Below are positions 44,249 through 53,727 of a stretch of DNA of 64,000 nt, piece after piece. The position numbers and the translations under genes were made by a program. The notes below the pieces were generated by a model. The model saw only the letters and a program-made list of their open reading frames with translations. It had not been told where the DNA came from and did not search any database. The DNA comes from an uncultured delta proteobacterium (lineage in GTDB: Bacteria; Desulfobacterota; Syntrophia; Syntrophales; UBA2185). Location of the stretch: the NCBI GenBank assembly GCA_963695875.1, contig CAVOID010000003.1, positions 320,001 to 384,000 of the forward strand, in the 5' to 3' direction. The number at the start of each line of letters is the position of its first letter. The stretch's first letter is position 1.

Positions 44249-44279
44249 CAGTGATAACCTTATATCAGTTTTATCTTCC

Positions 44280-44699
44280 TTATTCCAGTGGCAATGACGT
44301 CTTCGAACGCAGGGACTTCTTTTCCGATTGCATATGTTTGAGCTTCAAAATCTTTTCCTTGGCGCGTCTGGAGCGGCGACGTTTCTGCCGCTTTATCTTT
44401 TCTACACGATCCCTGTCCGCTCGTGCTATTCCCTGTTGTATCCTTTCAATCCTGTCCAGAAGCAAGCGCCTTGCCAGAAAGCGGTTCAATGCCTGAGACC
44501 GTGATTGCTGGCATTTAACCGACAAGCCCGACGGTACGTGGACGAGATGAACACATGAAGCCGTTTTATTGACCTTCTGCCCGCCTGGACCGGATGATCT
44601 CACGAATGTTTCCCGAAAGTCACTTTCCGCAACTCCAAGACGTTCCATGCGCTCATTTAGGGATTTTTCTTTTTCCGGGGAGATATTAAACAGGCTCAT
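44280..44699 (-). CDS. Short GGQ peptidyl-tRNA hydrolase, ArfB-like
   Basis: SSGPGGQKVNK, RSQALNR, basic C-terminal tail. Confidence 0.85.
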   Translation of the reverse strand: MSLFNISPEKEKSLNERMERLGVAESDFRETFVRSSGPGGQKVNKTASCVHLVHVPSGLSVKCQQSRSQALNRFLARRLLLDRIERIQQGIARADRDRVEKIKRQKRRRSRRAKEKILKLKHMQSEKKSLRSKTSLPLE

Positions 44700-44704
44700 A
44701 ATTC

Positions 44705-45691
44705 CTATATAACAAACTCGATTATATCACCTTCCTTAAGAACGTAATCCCTCTGAATCATCTGACCATCACGAACCGATTTACCCCACGCTTTGGCGTG
44801 TTTCAATTTGTTTACGAAATCGTTGTGGACCTTGCCGGCCAAATCATCCAGGGTGCTTCCCACGGGGATGACAAACGGGGCTTTTTTATCAGCCTCTCTG
44901 CCGGGCGGTTTAGTGTAAACCCTTATGATGCCGGAGAGTTCATAAAGCTTTTCCAATAATGTCATAATATTCCGGCCAGTGCGGGTCGAAATGCCCATGC
45001 AAGGCAATTTGATGCCGGATAGCTCTAAAAAAATATCCAGATCTTCTTTATCTTCAGGTCTATCCATTTTGTTAACGACGACAAGCATTTTTTTGATCTT
45101 AGGGGGTTTTTTCAAATCTTCGGGTATATTACAGGTTTCAGAATAAATGCGAAACGAATGGAGAATTGAAAGGGTATCCTCGAACTGCTGTATAGGGTCG
45201 GCAGAGAGGTCCAATAGTATGACGACAATATCGGCTCGACGGATCAGATCGTTTAAGCCGGGTTCTGTGTAATCCTTTGTAAGGGGGGGTGTGTCTATGA
45301 GCTGGAACTGGATGTTTTCATATTGAGCCATTCCCGGCGTAGGTTTGTGAGTCGTATGGGGAAAATTTGCCACTTCCGGAGAGGCATTTGTTATCAACTT
45401 AACTAGGGATGATTTGCCCGTATTGGGGGGACCTATGATAACTATTTGAGCAGCCCCTTCTTTTTCAATGTCATAAGCAGTTTTTTGTCTGGTAGCCCCT
45501 TTTTTCTTCTGGGCCTGGTCTTTCAGTTTTGAGATGCGTTCGCGCAGCATCGCCTTGAGCTTGTCCGTGCCCTTATGTTTCGGCATTATGGCAAGCATCT
45601 CTTCCAGGGCGTCGACTTTGTCTTCCGGTGTCTTTGCTTTGCGAAATCTCTCTTCCGCTTCGAAATATTGCGGTGGCAGATTGGCTGGCAT
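44705..45691 (-). CDS. DRG/OBG-family GTPase with TGS domain
   Basis: MPANLPP, PKHKGT, GPPNTGKSS, DTPP, NKMD, IRVYTK. Confidence 0.85.
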   Translation of the reverse strand: MPANLPPQYFEAEERFRKAKTPEDKVDALEEMLAIMPKHKGTDKLKAMLRERISKLKDQAQKKKGATRQKTAYDIEKEGAAQIVIIGPPNTGKSSLVKLITNASPEVANFPHTTHKPTPGMAQYENIQFQLIDTPPLTKDYTEPGLNDLIRRADIVVILLDLSADPIQQFEDTLSILHSFRIYSETCNIPEDLKKPPKIKKMLVVVNKMDRPEDKEDLDIFLELSGIKLPCMGISTRTGRNIMTLLEKLYELSGIIRVYTKPPGREADKKAPFVIPVGSTLDDLAGKVHNDFVNKLKHAKAWGKSVRDGQMIQRDYVLKEGDIIEFVI

Positions 45692-45882
45692 AGCCTTTTA
45701 TCTCCTCCATCTCCGGTTGAACCGTGAACAAGTATTTTCGAACTCAATAATGAAAGTCAAGTTGAATTTATTAAAAATCATGATATTCTAAACGTGTCGG
45801 ATTTGATAAGGCAGTATAGCGTATGTGGCTATTGATATACAGAAACATTGTCATAATAATTACGACGAGGCAAAAATGATAT

Positions 45883-46881
45883 ATGTTCAGCGCCCATCTG
45901 ATAAATGATCCTTTCGGTGACCCGGGGGTATATGTCGAATTCAAGTACCGGCACCAAGCGCTCCTTTTTGATTTAGGTGATGTTCATAATCTAAGTCCGA
46001 GAAAGCTTCTCAAGATCAATCACATCTTTGTTTCTCATACCCATATGGATCATTTTATAGGGTTTGATCATCTGCTCCGGGTATGTTTAGGCCGTGACTG
46101 TCACATCTCCATCTTTGGTCCTCCAGGCTTCCATCAACAGGTGGAAAATAAGATCAACGCCTATACATGGAATCTTGTAGAAAATTACACGAACGATTTT
46201 GCCATTCATGTTATGGAGGTCCATCCGGACCGTAAATTACTCAGAAGCTACCATTGCCGGAAAGCTTTTAAACCTGAAATCGATGTTATAAATGAGAGCT
46301 TTAACGGCACTCTTGTAGAAGATGGGTTCTTTTCGGTCAAAGGGGAGTTCCTTGATCATAAGGTCCCCTGTCTGGCATACAGTTTTGAAGAAAAGAACCG
46401 TATCAACATCAAGAAAAATGTTTTACAGGAAATGGGACTTCCCGTTGGGGCATGGCTGATGGACTTAAAGGATCGAATTCTTCGCGGTGATCCCGATGAC
46501 ACAGCCATACGAGTTTGGAGGAAAAAGGGGAAGGAGGAGACGGGAGAAAAGTTTATTCCTTTGGGTGAATTGAAGGAGACAATTGTAAAGGTGACACCGG
46601 GCCAGAAGGTCACGTATGTCACGGACGCTGTCTATAATGAAGATAATGCCCGAAGGATTATAGCCCTGGCTCAAGGTTCAGATTTGATGTTTATAGAAGC
46701 GACGTTCCTCCATGAAGATTCTGATAAGGCTGCACAGAAATATCATCTCACAGCTTTACAGGCTGGGACGTTGGCACGAAGGGCGGGAGCAAAGAGGATT
46801 TCACTGTTTCATATTTCACCGAAGTACAAAGGGTCTGGAGATCTCCTGTTTGCAGAAGCCATGAAGGCATTTAATGATTGA
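45883..46881 (+). CDS. Ribonuclease Z-like metallo-beta-lactamase
   Basis: SHTHMDHFIG, YVTD, IEATF, HLTA, FHISPKY. Confidence 0.85.
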   Translation: MFSAHLINDPFGDPGVYVEFKYRHQALLFDLGDVHNLSPRKLLKINHIFVSHTHMDHFIGFDHLLRVCLGRDCHISIFGPPGFHQQVENKINAYTWNLVENYTNDFAIHVMEVHPDRKLLRSYHCRKAFKPEIDVINESFNGTLVEDGFFSVKGEFLDHKVPCLAYSFEEKNRINIKKNVLQEMGLPVGAWLMDLKDRILRGDPDDTAIRVWRKKGKEETGEKFIPLGELKETIVKVTPGQKVTYVTDAVYNEDNARRIIALAQGSDLMFIEATFLHEDSDKAAQKYHLTALQAGTLARRAGAKRISLFHISPKYKGSGDLLFAEAMKAFND

Positions 46882-46923
46882 GTACTTTCTGAAGACAATT
46901 TTCAGTTTCGTGCGGTTCTAAGA

Positions 46924-47427
46924 TTAGATCTTTTTGATCTGAAACCCCTCAAGTTTTATGGCAACGGAACGCTGAAGGAGTTCTATGGATATGACGAAGA
47001 GTTCTTTACTGTAATCTGTACTGACGACTACGCCTTCAATACCGGTGAAAGGTCCGTCAACGATCATGGCCGGCTCCCCAACCTTAGGGTACTGAATTTG
47101 CTGAACCTCTACTTTGGACTGGATTATTCGCCGGATAGCCTCTATCTTGGCATCGGGAACAGCTATCGGCTCAGAGCCTGTCGGCTTTCCGAGGATTCTG
47201 ACGACCCCGAACGTTTTAAGGACATTCAGCTTAGTCTGACTGTCCAGGGAAAAAAGTTCCACAAAGAGATACCCCGGAAACATGGGGATCATAATCTTCT
47301 TTCTTCTGTCTTTTCGTTTACTCCATACCTCTATTTTGGGCAGGAAGGTATGAATCGATTTTTGTATAAGACCGGTATCGACCATGTCTTCGTGTCTGCT
47401 TCGTGTGTGTACCGCGTACCATGGCAT
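46924..47427 (-). CDS. NusG paralog (UpxY-like antiterminator)
   Basis: WYAVHTRSRHE, MFPGYLFV, GPFTGIEG (KOW). Confidence 0.85.
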   Translation of the reverse strand: MPWYAVHTRSRHEDMVDTGLIQKSIHTFLPKIEVWSKRKDRRKKIMIPMFPGYLFVELFSLDSQTKLNVLKTFGVVRILGKPTGSEPIAVPDAKIEAIRRIIQSKVEVQQIQYPKVGEPAMIVDGPFTGIEGVVVSTDYSKELFVISIELLQRSVAIKLEGFQIKKI

Positions 47428-47522
47428 GAAAGGTTCCTCATGGAAGATATTAGTTTTTTGCAGTAAGTTGTTCCAGGCTTTTTAATTTATAATAATCATT
47501 ATATTTTTTCAATGGTGAAATC

Positions 47523-49115
47523 GTGTTGAAATTGAGAATCGCCGGTATCGTGCTTTCTCTTGGTGAAAAAGAAGGGTCATTAAAGGGAAAAACGGCATTG
47601 GTCCTCGGTATTCCGGAAGAATCCATTTTTTCTCTCAGGGTGATTAGAAAATCGATCGATGCGAGGAGGAGGAGAAAGCCCCGTTTTGTTTACTCTGTGG
47701 ATGTATCCGTGCCGGATGGTATCAACTTGCCGGTCAAGGAAGGCCGGGATGTAAATATAGAGGTATTAGCAGAGGAGATAAAGCCGCCTTGCCACCCGGC
47801 AAAAATGAAGCCAGGCAGAAGGCCTGTTGTTGTCGGATGTGGCCCTGCGGGTCTCTTTGCGGCCCTCGCCATGGCAGGAAGGGGAATTCCTCCACTCCTC
47901 CTCGAAAGGGGTAAGAGGATCTCCGAGCGTATAGCTGATGTCCATGCCTTCTGGGAGAAGGGGATCTTGAATGCGGAGAGTAATGTGCATTTCGGGGAGG
48001 GTGGCGCCGGTGCGTTTTCTGACGGCAAGCTGACAAGCCGGGTCAAGAATCCTTATACGGAATGGGTTAAAAAGAGCTTCTTTGATGCGGGTGCTCCCTC
48101 TGAGATTTTGACTGATGCGAAGCCCCACATAGGGACGGACAGGTTACGGGAAGTGGTGGTCAACCTGAGGAAGAAGCTTATGGGCCTGGGCTGTGAAGTG
48201 CGGTTTGAATCAAAGGTTACAGATTTTTTGATTCATAGGGGCAAAGTAGAAGGAGTTATCGTAAATGGCAAGGAGGAGATAAAAACGGACCATCTGATTC
48301 TTGCCACCGGGCAGAGTACGGAAGATAACTACGTCAAGCTTTGCGAACTTGGTGCGCGTATCGAGCCAAAGCCCTTTGCCATTGGTCTCCGCGTAGAACA
48401 CCCCCAGTCATTGATCAATGCTGTTCAGTACGGCAAATGGCGCGGTCACCCTGATCTGCCGCCGGCGGACTACTTTTTGACGGCGAAGCTTGCTGATGTG
48501 AACCGATCAGTTTATTCATTTTGCATGTGTCCCGGCGGTTCCGTCATCGGGTGCAGTTCGGAAGAAGGCGGAGTAGTTACCAATGGTATGAGTCGCTACC
48601 TGAGAGGAAGCCCGTATGCCAACAGTGCTGTTGTGGTTACTGTTCACATCGAAGATTTTAAGGATATCGCACCCTATCCCCTTAGCGGCCTCGTATTCCG
48701 TAGGCATTGGGAAGAGAGAGCCTTTGTTCTGGGTGGTGAAAATTATTGTGCCCCCGCACAGCGGCTGATTGATTTCTTGCAGGACAAAGTCGGCGATCTT
48801 CCGGGATCGATCAGTTTTCTGCCCGGCGTAAAATCTGTGTCCCTGCGCGAAACCCTGCCGGGATTTGCAGTTGATGCCATGAAGCAGGGAATTATCCAGT
48901 TTGATCGAAAGATGCGCGGATTCATTACGGAGGAAGCAACTCTGATCGGCGTCGAAACCAGGACGTCATCACCGGTTAGAATAGTGAGAGGTCCGGATGG
49001 CCAGAGTGTAAACGTAGGCGGGCTCTATCCCTGCGGCGAAGGGGCTGGTTATGCAGGCGGGATCATTAGTTCCGCCCTGGATGGGATCAGGATTGCAGAG
49101 AAGGTTGCGATCTGA
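47523..49115 (+). CDS. FAD-dependent oxidoreductase
   Basis: VGCGPAG, FGEGGAGAFSDGKL, KPHIGTD, FCMCPGG, ETRTSSP, GEGAGYAGGI. Confidence 0.9.
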   Translation: MLKLRIAGIVLSLGEKEGSLKGKTALVLGIPEESIFSLRVIRKSIDARRRRKPRFVYSVDVSVPDGINLPVKEGRDVNIEVLAEEIKPPCHPAKMKPGRRPVVVGCGPAGLFAALAMAGRGIPPLLLERGKRISERIADVHAFWEKGILNAESNVHFGEGGAGAFSDGKLTSRVKNPYTEWVKKSFFDAGAPSEILTDAKPHIGTDRLREVVVNLRKKLMGLGCEVRFESKVTDFLIHRGKVEGVIVNGKEEIKTDHLILATGQSTEDNYVKLCELGARIEPKPFAIGLRVEHPQSLINAVQYGKWRGHPDLPPADYFLTAKLADVNRSVYSFCMCPGGSVIGCSSEEGGVVTNGMSRYLRGSPYANSAVVVTVHIEDFKDIAPYPLSGLVFRRHWEERAFVLGGENYCAPAQRLIDFLQDKVGDLPGSISFLPGVKSVSLRETLPGFAVDAMKQGIIQFDRKMRGFITEEATLIGVETRTSSPVRIVRGPDGQSVNVGGLYPCGEGAGYAGGIISSALDGIRIAEKVAI

Positions 49116-49117
49116 GA

Positions 49118-50206
49118 TCATTTCTCAATTCTTCCATCAATGATCAGGTCATCACCCTTTCTGAAGATTTTTCTGTAAGTGAGTCTGAGCGACTCATCCA
49201 TGCTTTGTATTCCCAGATTACCTACCGCCTCAACTCCTTTTCCCACGATCTTCGGCGCAATGATGATCACTACCCTGTCGGTCAGTTCTCCCTTTAAGAG
49301 AGTTGTGATGATGGCTGCTCCCCCTTCGACCAGGACGGAGGAGATGTTTCTTTTCCCCAGTTCAACGAACAGTTTTGTCAGGTCAACACGATGATCGTTA
49401 TCTTGTTCAACTACTACTGTTTCTATACCCATTTTATCCAAGAGGGTACGTTTTCTCCTGCTGGCATGACCGGTGGTGGCAATAATGGTCTTTGCCATGT
49501 TTTGATTTTTCAGGACTCGTGCATCCGGAGATATACGCAAACGGGAGTCAACAACGACTCTGAGTGGATTTCTTCCTCTGGTTAGACGTATAGTAAGTTC
49601 CGGATCATCCTTAATTGAAGTGCCGACACCGATAAGTACGGCGTCATGGTGGCTTCTTAACACATGGGCGAATCTGAGTGATTTTTCAGAACTGATCCAC
49701 CGGGAATGGCCTGCTAAAGTTGCAATTCTCCCATCAAGCGTCTGGGCAAACTTGAGTGTTATAAATGGAGTTTCTGTCCGGATGAACTTAAAAAACCTTT
49801 CATTGATCCTCTTGCATGTTTCTTCTAAGATACCCACAGTTGTCTCTATGCCTCTCCGTTTAAGGGCTTTGATGCCCCCACCGGCCACCAAGGGATTGGG
49901 ATCAGCGGTTCCTATAACTACTCTTGCAGGCTTGCAGGCGATTATTCTTTCAATACAGGGAGGCGTCTTCCCGTAATGGGTGCAGGGTTCTAGATTTACA
50001 TAGATTGTCGCGCCCTCGATTGTTTCAGTAGCATGATTGATGGCATTGATTTCGGCGTGGTTGTCTCCGAATTTTTGATGATACCCCTCTCCGATTATCC
50101 GGTTTTTCTTCACGATAACCGTGCCCACCATGGGGTTAGGACTGACCCAGGCTTCTCCTTTTCGTGCGAGTCTGAGGGCCCGTTTCATATAGAATTCATC
50201 ATTCAC
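49118..50206 (-). CDS. ribD: Riboflavin biosynthesis deaminase/reductase
   Basis: PNPMVG, HAE, LEPCTHYGKTPPC, AQTLDG, VEGG. Confidence 0.97.
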   Translation of the reverse strand: MNDEFYMKRALRLARKGEAWVSPNPMVGTVIVKKNRIIGEGYHQKFGDNHAEINAINHATETIEGATIYVNLEPCTHYGKTPPCIERIIACKPARVVIGTADPNPLVAGGGIKALKRRGIETTVGILEETCKRINERFFKFIRTETPFITLKFAQTLDGRIATLAGHSRWISSEKSLRFAHVLRSHHDAVLIGVGTSIKDDPELTIRLTRGRNPLRVVVDSRLRISPDARVLKNQNMAKTIIATTGHASRRKRTLLDKMGIETVVVEQDNDHRVDLTKLFVELGKRNISSVLVEGGAAIITTLLKGELTDRVVIIIAPKIVGKGVEAVGNLGIQSMDESLRLTYRKIFRKGDDLIIDGRIEK

Positions 50207-50309
50207 GGCACATTCGTCCTTCTATGAATTTTCCGCATTTTATATCATTCCTATGGAATATGTAAAGAAACCTCTTGCAGGAAAAAGCCAGGAGGCGCCA
50301 TTCGCCCTG

Positions 50310-51519
50310 TTAATACAACTCATACCTGAGGAGACGGCATTCAATCGGCCCATTGAATAACACAAACCGACGTGATGCCTTGAGGCCGATGTGTTTGGCC
50401 AGTTCCATATTCCCGGTCAATACAAAACCTGTCCATCCCCGGCAACGCTGCTTCATTACATCACCAATCTGACGGTAAAGATCCTTGAGCTTCTCAACAT
50501 CACCCAACCGCTTGCCGTAAGGGGGGTTCATTATCACCACTCCTTTATCACCTTCCGGCTTAAACTCATCCAGGGCCGAATGAACGAAGTGTATCTGCCC
50601 TTCAAAACCTGCTGCATCAGCGTTGCGACGTGCCAGTGTAAGCGCACGGCTATCCCGGTCATATCCCGTAATGAGCCCGACAGGCAGCTTCTGAATACCA
50701 TTTTCAGCATCAGCCAAAATCCGATACCATAATGCGGCGTCGAAATCCAGCCAGCGCTGGAAACCAAATGACCGGTTGCGCCCCGGAGCCACCCGTCCTG
50801 CAAAAAGCCCCGCTTCAATGGGAATGGTACCCGATCCACACATGGGGTCAGCCAGGGGCATTGCGCCGTCCCAGCCGGTCAGGGCAATAACGGCAGATGC
50901 CAAGGTTTCCCGCAGGGGCGCCTCAGTGCGCTCAAGACGATAGCCGCGACGATCAAGCGCATCGCCGGAACTGTCCAAAGATACCGTACAGACATTTTTT
51001 GCCAGATGAATATTTATACGAATATCCGGTGACGATGTGTTCACGCTGGGACGAGTACCACAATGCTTGCGAATACGATCGACAATGGCATCCTTGGTCT
51101 TGAGAGCGACAAATCCGGAATGGGTGATGGCCGAATCCCGCAACGTACAGTCCACTGCAAGCGTCATGGAAGGCTTTATTAAATCATGCCAGACAATGCC
51201 GTGCACACCGGCGTAGAGTTCCTCAGGCGATGCACAGGGAAACGTGGCCAGTATTTACCAATATCCGACTGGCGGTACGCAACCAGAGATTGGCACGATA
51301 CAGACCGGCATGGTCGGTGACAAATGACACACCGCCTCGTCCTGCGCTTGCTCCCTGAATATCCAGAGCCTGTAACTCGGCTGCGGCGATCTCTTCGGCT
51401 CCTCGCGGTACTGCGGCAAAGCAGTTCATTGATATTTTCCGTTCACTGGCCGGACGTGCGGGACGCCTTATCACACGCTTTTTTTCAGTCATCTCCTTTT
51501 TCATGTCTTTCTGGTACAA
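50310..51519 (-). CDS. THUMP-domain RNA methyltransferase (RlmL-like), one apparent frameshift
   Basis: ANLWLRTASRIL, RRGYR, APLRETLA, DPMCGSGT, NPPYG. Confidence 0.9.
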
Positions 51520-51629
51520 TTTCCTCCAACGGTCGCCGGAATTCCTCTACTGTTCCTCTGTTATCAATCACATTATTACATCCTGATCCTCAATGAAACC
51601 ATAAAAAACTCTCGCCTCCGGATATCGCT

Positions 51630-51690
51630 GTCATGCCGGACTTGATCCGGCATCCAGATTAGTTCTGGATTGCGCTTTCGCCGCAATGAC
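51630..51690. repeat. REP-like inverted hairpin pair
   Basis: GTCATGCCGGACTTGATCCGGCATCCAG ... CTGGATTGCGCTTTCGCCGCAATGAC. Confidence 0.7.
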
Positions 51691-52002
51691 GACCACGGCA
51701 GCCCGAGAATGATCTTACTTAAAAATAGTTGTGACAATTATCATATGGTGATATTTCATTTTTGGTTCATCCGGTTGATGCGTACTTCCTGTAGTGTTGT
51801 TTTCCTCAATTTGTCAGGTCACTCTACATTTCAACTGGAAATGAATGAGCGACAAGAATTCAATACTAATATACACAAAATGGAAGAATTCTAGACAAAC
51901 ATGTGATACATTGTCAAAGGGTAGGTCATTAACTCGATTAGGAATAAATGACAAATAATTTAGAAAAATGGTGATCAATTATTTAAAACAGAGAGACATA
52001 TT

Positions 52003-53153
52003 ATGAAAAATTCCTTTCAAGCATATTATCGACCGAGCCAAGAAGCATTCAAGGAACTTTGGAAGAGATGTTTGTTTGTTCCTGATACCAATATGCTTTT
52101 GAACATATATCGCTATTCTGAGGCTACCAGGAAAGAGTTAATTGGCATTCTTGAAAAGATATCCCCTCAACTTTGGATTCCTTACCAAGTTGGTCTTGAA
52201 TACCAAAGACTTAGACCTGGAGTAATTTTGCAGCAAGAAAAGGCCTACGATGACATAAAAAAAATACTGGAAGAAATTCAATCCTCCGTAGAGAAAAGAT
52301 TAAATCTTTCTCAGTCACATCCTTCGATAAATAAGGTTGATATCTTAAAACAGATAAAAGACTTTTTTATATCCATTCAGAGAGAACTGGATAAGCAGAA
52401 ATCAAAGCATCCTAACTTGCTTGAGAATGATACTTTACGAGATAAACTTGCGGAACTATTCGGCGGCAAAGTTGGTGATAAATTTTCATCGGAGAAATTA
52501 GACGAATTATACAAGATGGGGGAAAAAAGATACAAGAAAAGAATTCCACCTGGATACATGGATGAGAAAAAAGAAGGAGATGAAAAATATGGAGACATCG
52601 TTATTTGGTTTCAGATGATTGAAAAAGCTAAAGAATTTAAAAAGCCTATAATTTTTATTACTGATGATGACAAAGAAGATTGGTGGTTTTCGGCAAAAGA
52701 AAAAAGAATTGGACCTCGACCTGAGTTGATTGAAGAGATGCTTAAAAAAACAGGCGAAACGTTTTATATGTATGGTGTTGAGCGATTTATGGAGTATTCA
52801 AGAATATTCCTCAAACGTGGGGTTGATCAAAAAGCGATCAAAGAAGTAAGGAATATGAGAAAACAGCGTGAGGACATGGTCTCAGAGGTGGGGAAGGCAC
52901 TTGCAATAGCGAAGTCCTTTGCAATAAGGGAACAAGCACTGAAAGGTATATTGGCCTCGTCTGACGTTCCGACGCTAACAGGTATGTTGGCCTCGTCTGA
53001 TATTTCGACGCTAGCAGATATGTTGGCCTCACACAACTTTCGACGCTACAGATTTGGCCTCACGCAACTTTACCGTCAGAGAAAAAGATGACGGATAAAT
53101 TAACCAAGGAGAAGGAGAATCAAAAAGATATAGATCAAACAAAAGAAGAATGA
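52003..53153 (+). CDS. PIN-like domain protein (PIN_8/DUF4935 type)
   Basis: VPDTNMLLNIYRY, WIPYQVGLEY, PPGYMD, YGDIVIW, FITDDDKEDWW, GPRPEL; ORF track ends 53091, the likely true stop is 53153 after indels in the repeat tail. Confidence 0.8.
52945..53075 (+). repeat. 36-bp coding tandem repeat, about 4 copies
   Basis: GGTATRTTGGCCTCGTCTGA...CGACGCTA units at 52945 and 52981, more diverged at 53017 and about 53051. Confidence 0.85.
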
Positions 53154-53271
53154 CGCCAACGATGTAATCGTTTTTTCGACTATGTTTTAATCACACACAC
53201 TTTAATCAGTAATTCACAACATTTTATTAAATTCTGTATACTTGACTCGTAGGCGAAGCCAGTCAAGGCTC

Positions 53272-53389
53272 AATTGAAGTTCTCCGCAGTAAACTGCGGA
53301 GAATCTCGATCCACAAGGAATAATGATGTTCCCCATTCGCTCGCTTACCCCGCAGCAAGCTACGGGGAATGCGCTCGCTACCGGATTCA
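53272..53389 (+). repeat. Miniature element family A
   Basis: Hairpins TTCTCCGCAG-taaa-CTGCGGAGAA and CCCCGCAG-caag-CTACGGGG; close copy at 55621. Confidence 0.9.
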
Positions 53390-53433
53390 ACAGATTATCA
53401 ACTCAAAAGTATGCATGAACCGGATGAACCTCA

Positions 53434-53677
53434 TTGACGGATTCGTAAAAAGTGAAGCTCCCCGCCCACAGGGCGGGACTTCCCGGAAAGGAAACTATGC
53501 TTACATTGCACCCCTTATCCCCGCCTACAGGGCGGGGCTTGCGGGATGTGCTCCCGGTCAAAATATGCGTAATTTTGTCATTCCCGTGAAAACGGGAATC
53601 CAGTATTATTGAAGAGTTTTATCTATTCCTAGATTCCCGCCTACGCGGGAATGACAGACTTTTTACGAGTTTGTCAT
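53434..53677. repeat. REP-like composite with nested family B element (53453-53561)
   Basis: Outer arms TGACGGATTCGTAAAAAGT / GACTTTTTACGAGTTTGTCA; inner ATTCCC-N8-GGGAAT pair. Confidence 0.8.
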
Positions 53678-53727
53678 CATTTATTCATGAAGGAAAAACG
53701 GAAAAGGTCATTTACAGGCGAGATGCT

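Larger units (their letters stand above)
51764..53430. mobile_element. Putative non-autonomous element bounded by 24-bp inverted repeats, carrying a PIN gene
   Basis: GGTTCATCCGGTTGATGCGTACTT (51764-51787) versus AAGTATGCATGAACCGGATGAACC (53407-53430), 22 of 24 complementary. Confidence 0.7.

Noticed and set aside
53151..53220. CGCCAAC right after the PIN stop as an attC left core
   Set aside because: No palindromic partner or right core follows.
53274..53612. 112-aa ORF
   Set aside because: Made almost entirely of stacked repeat elements.
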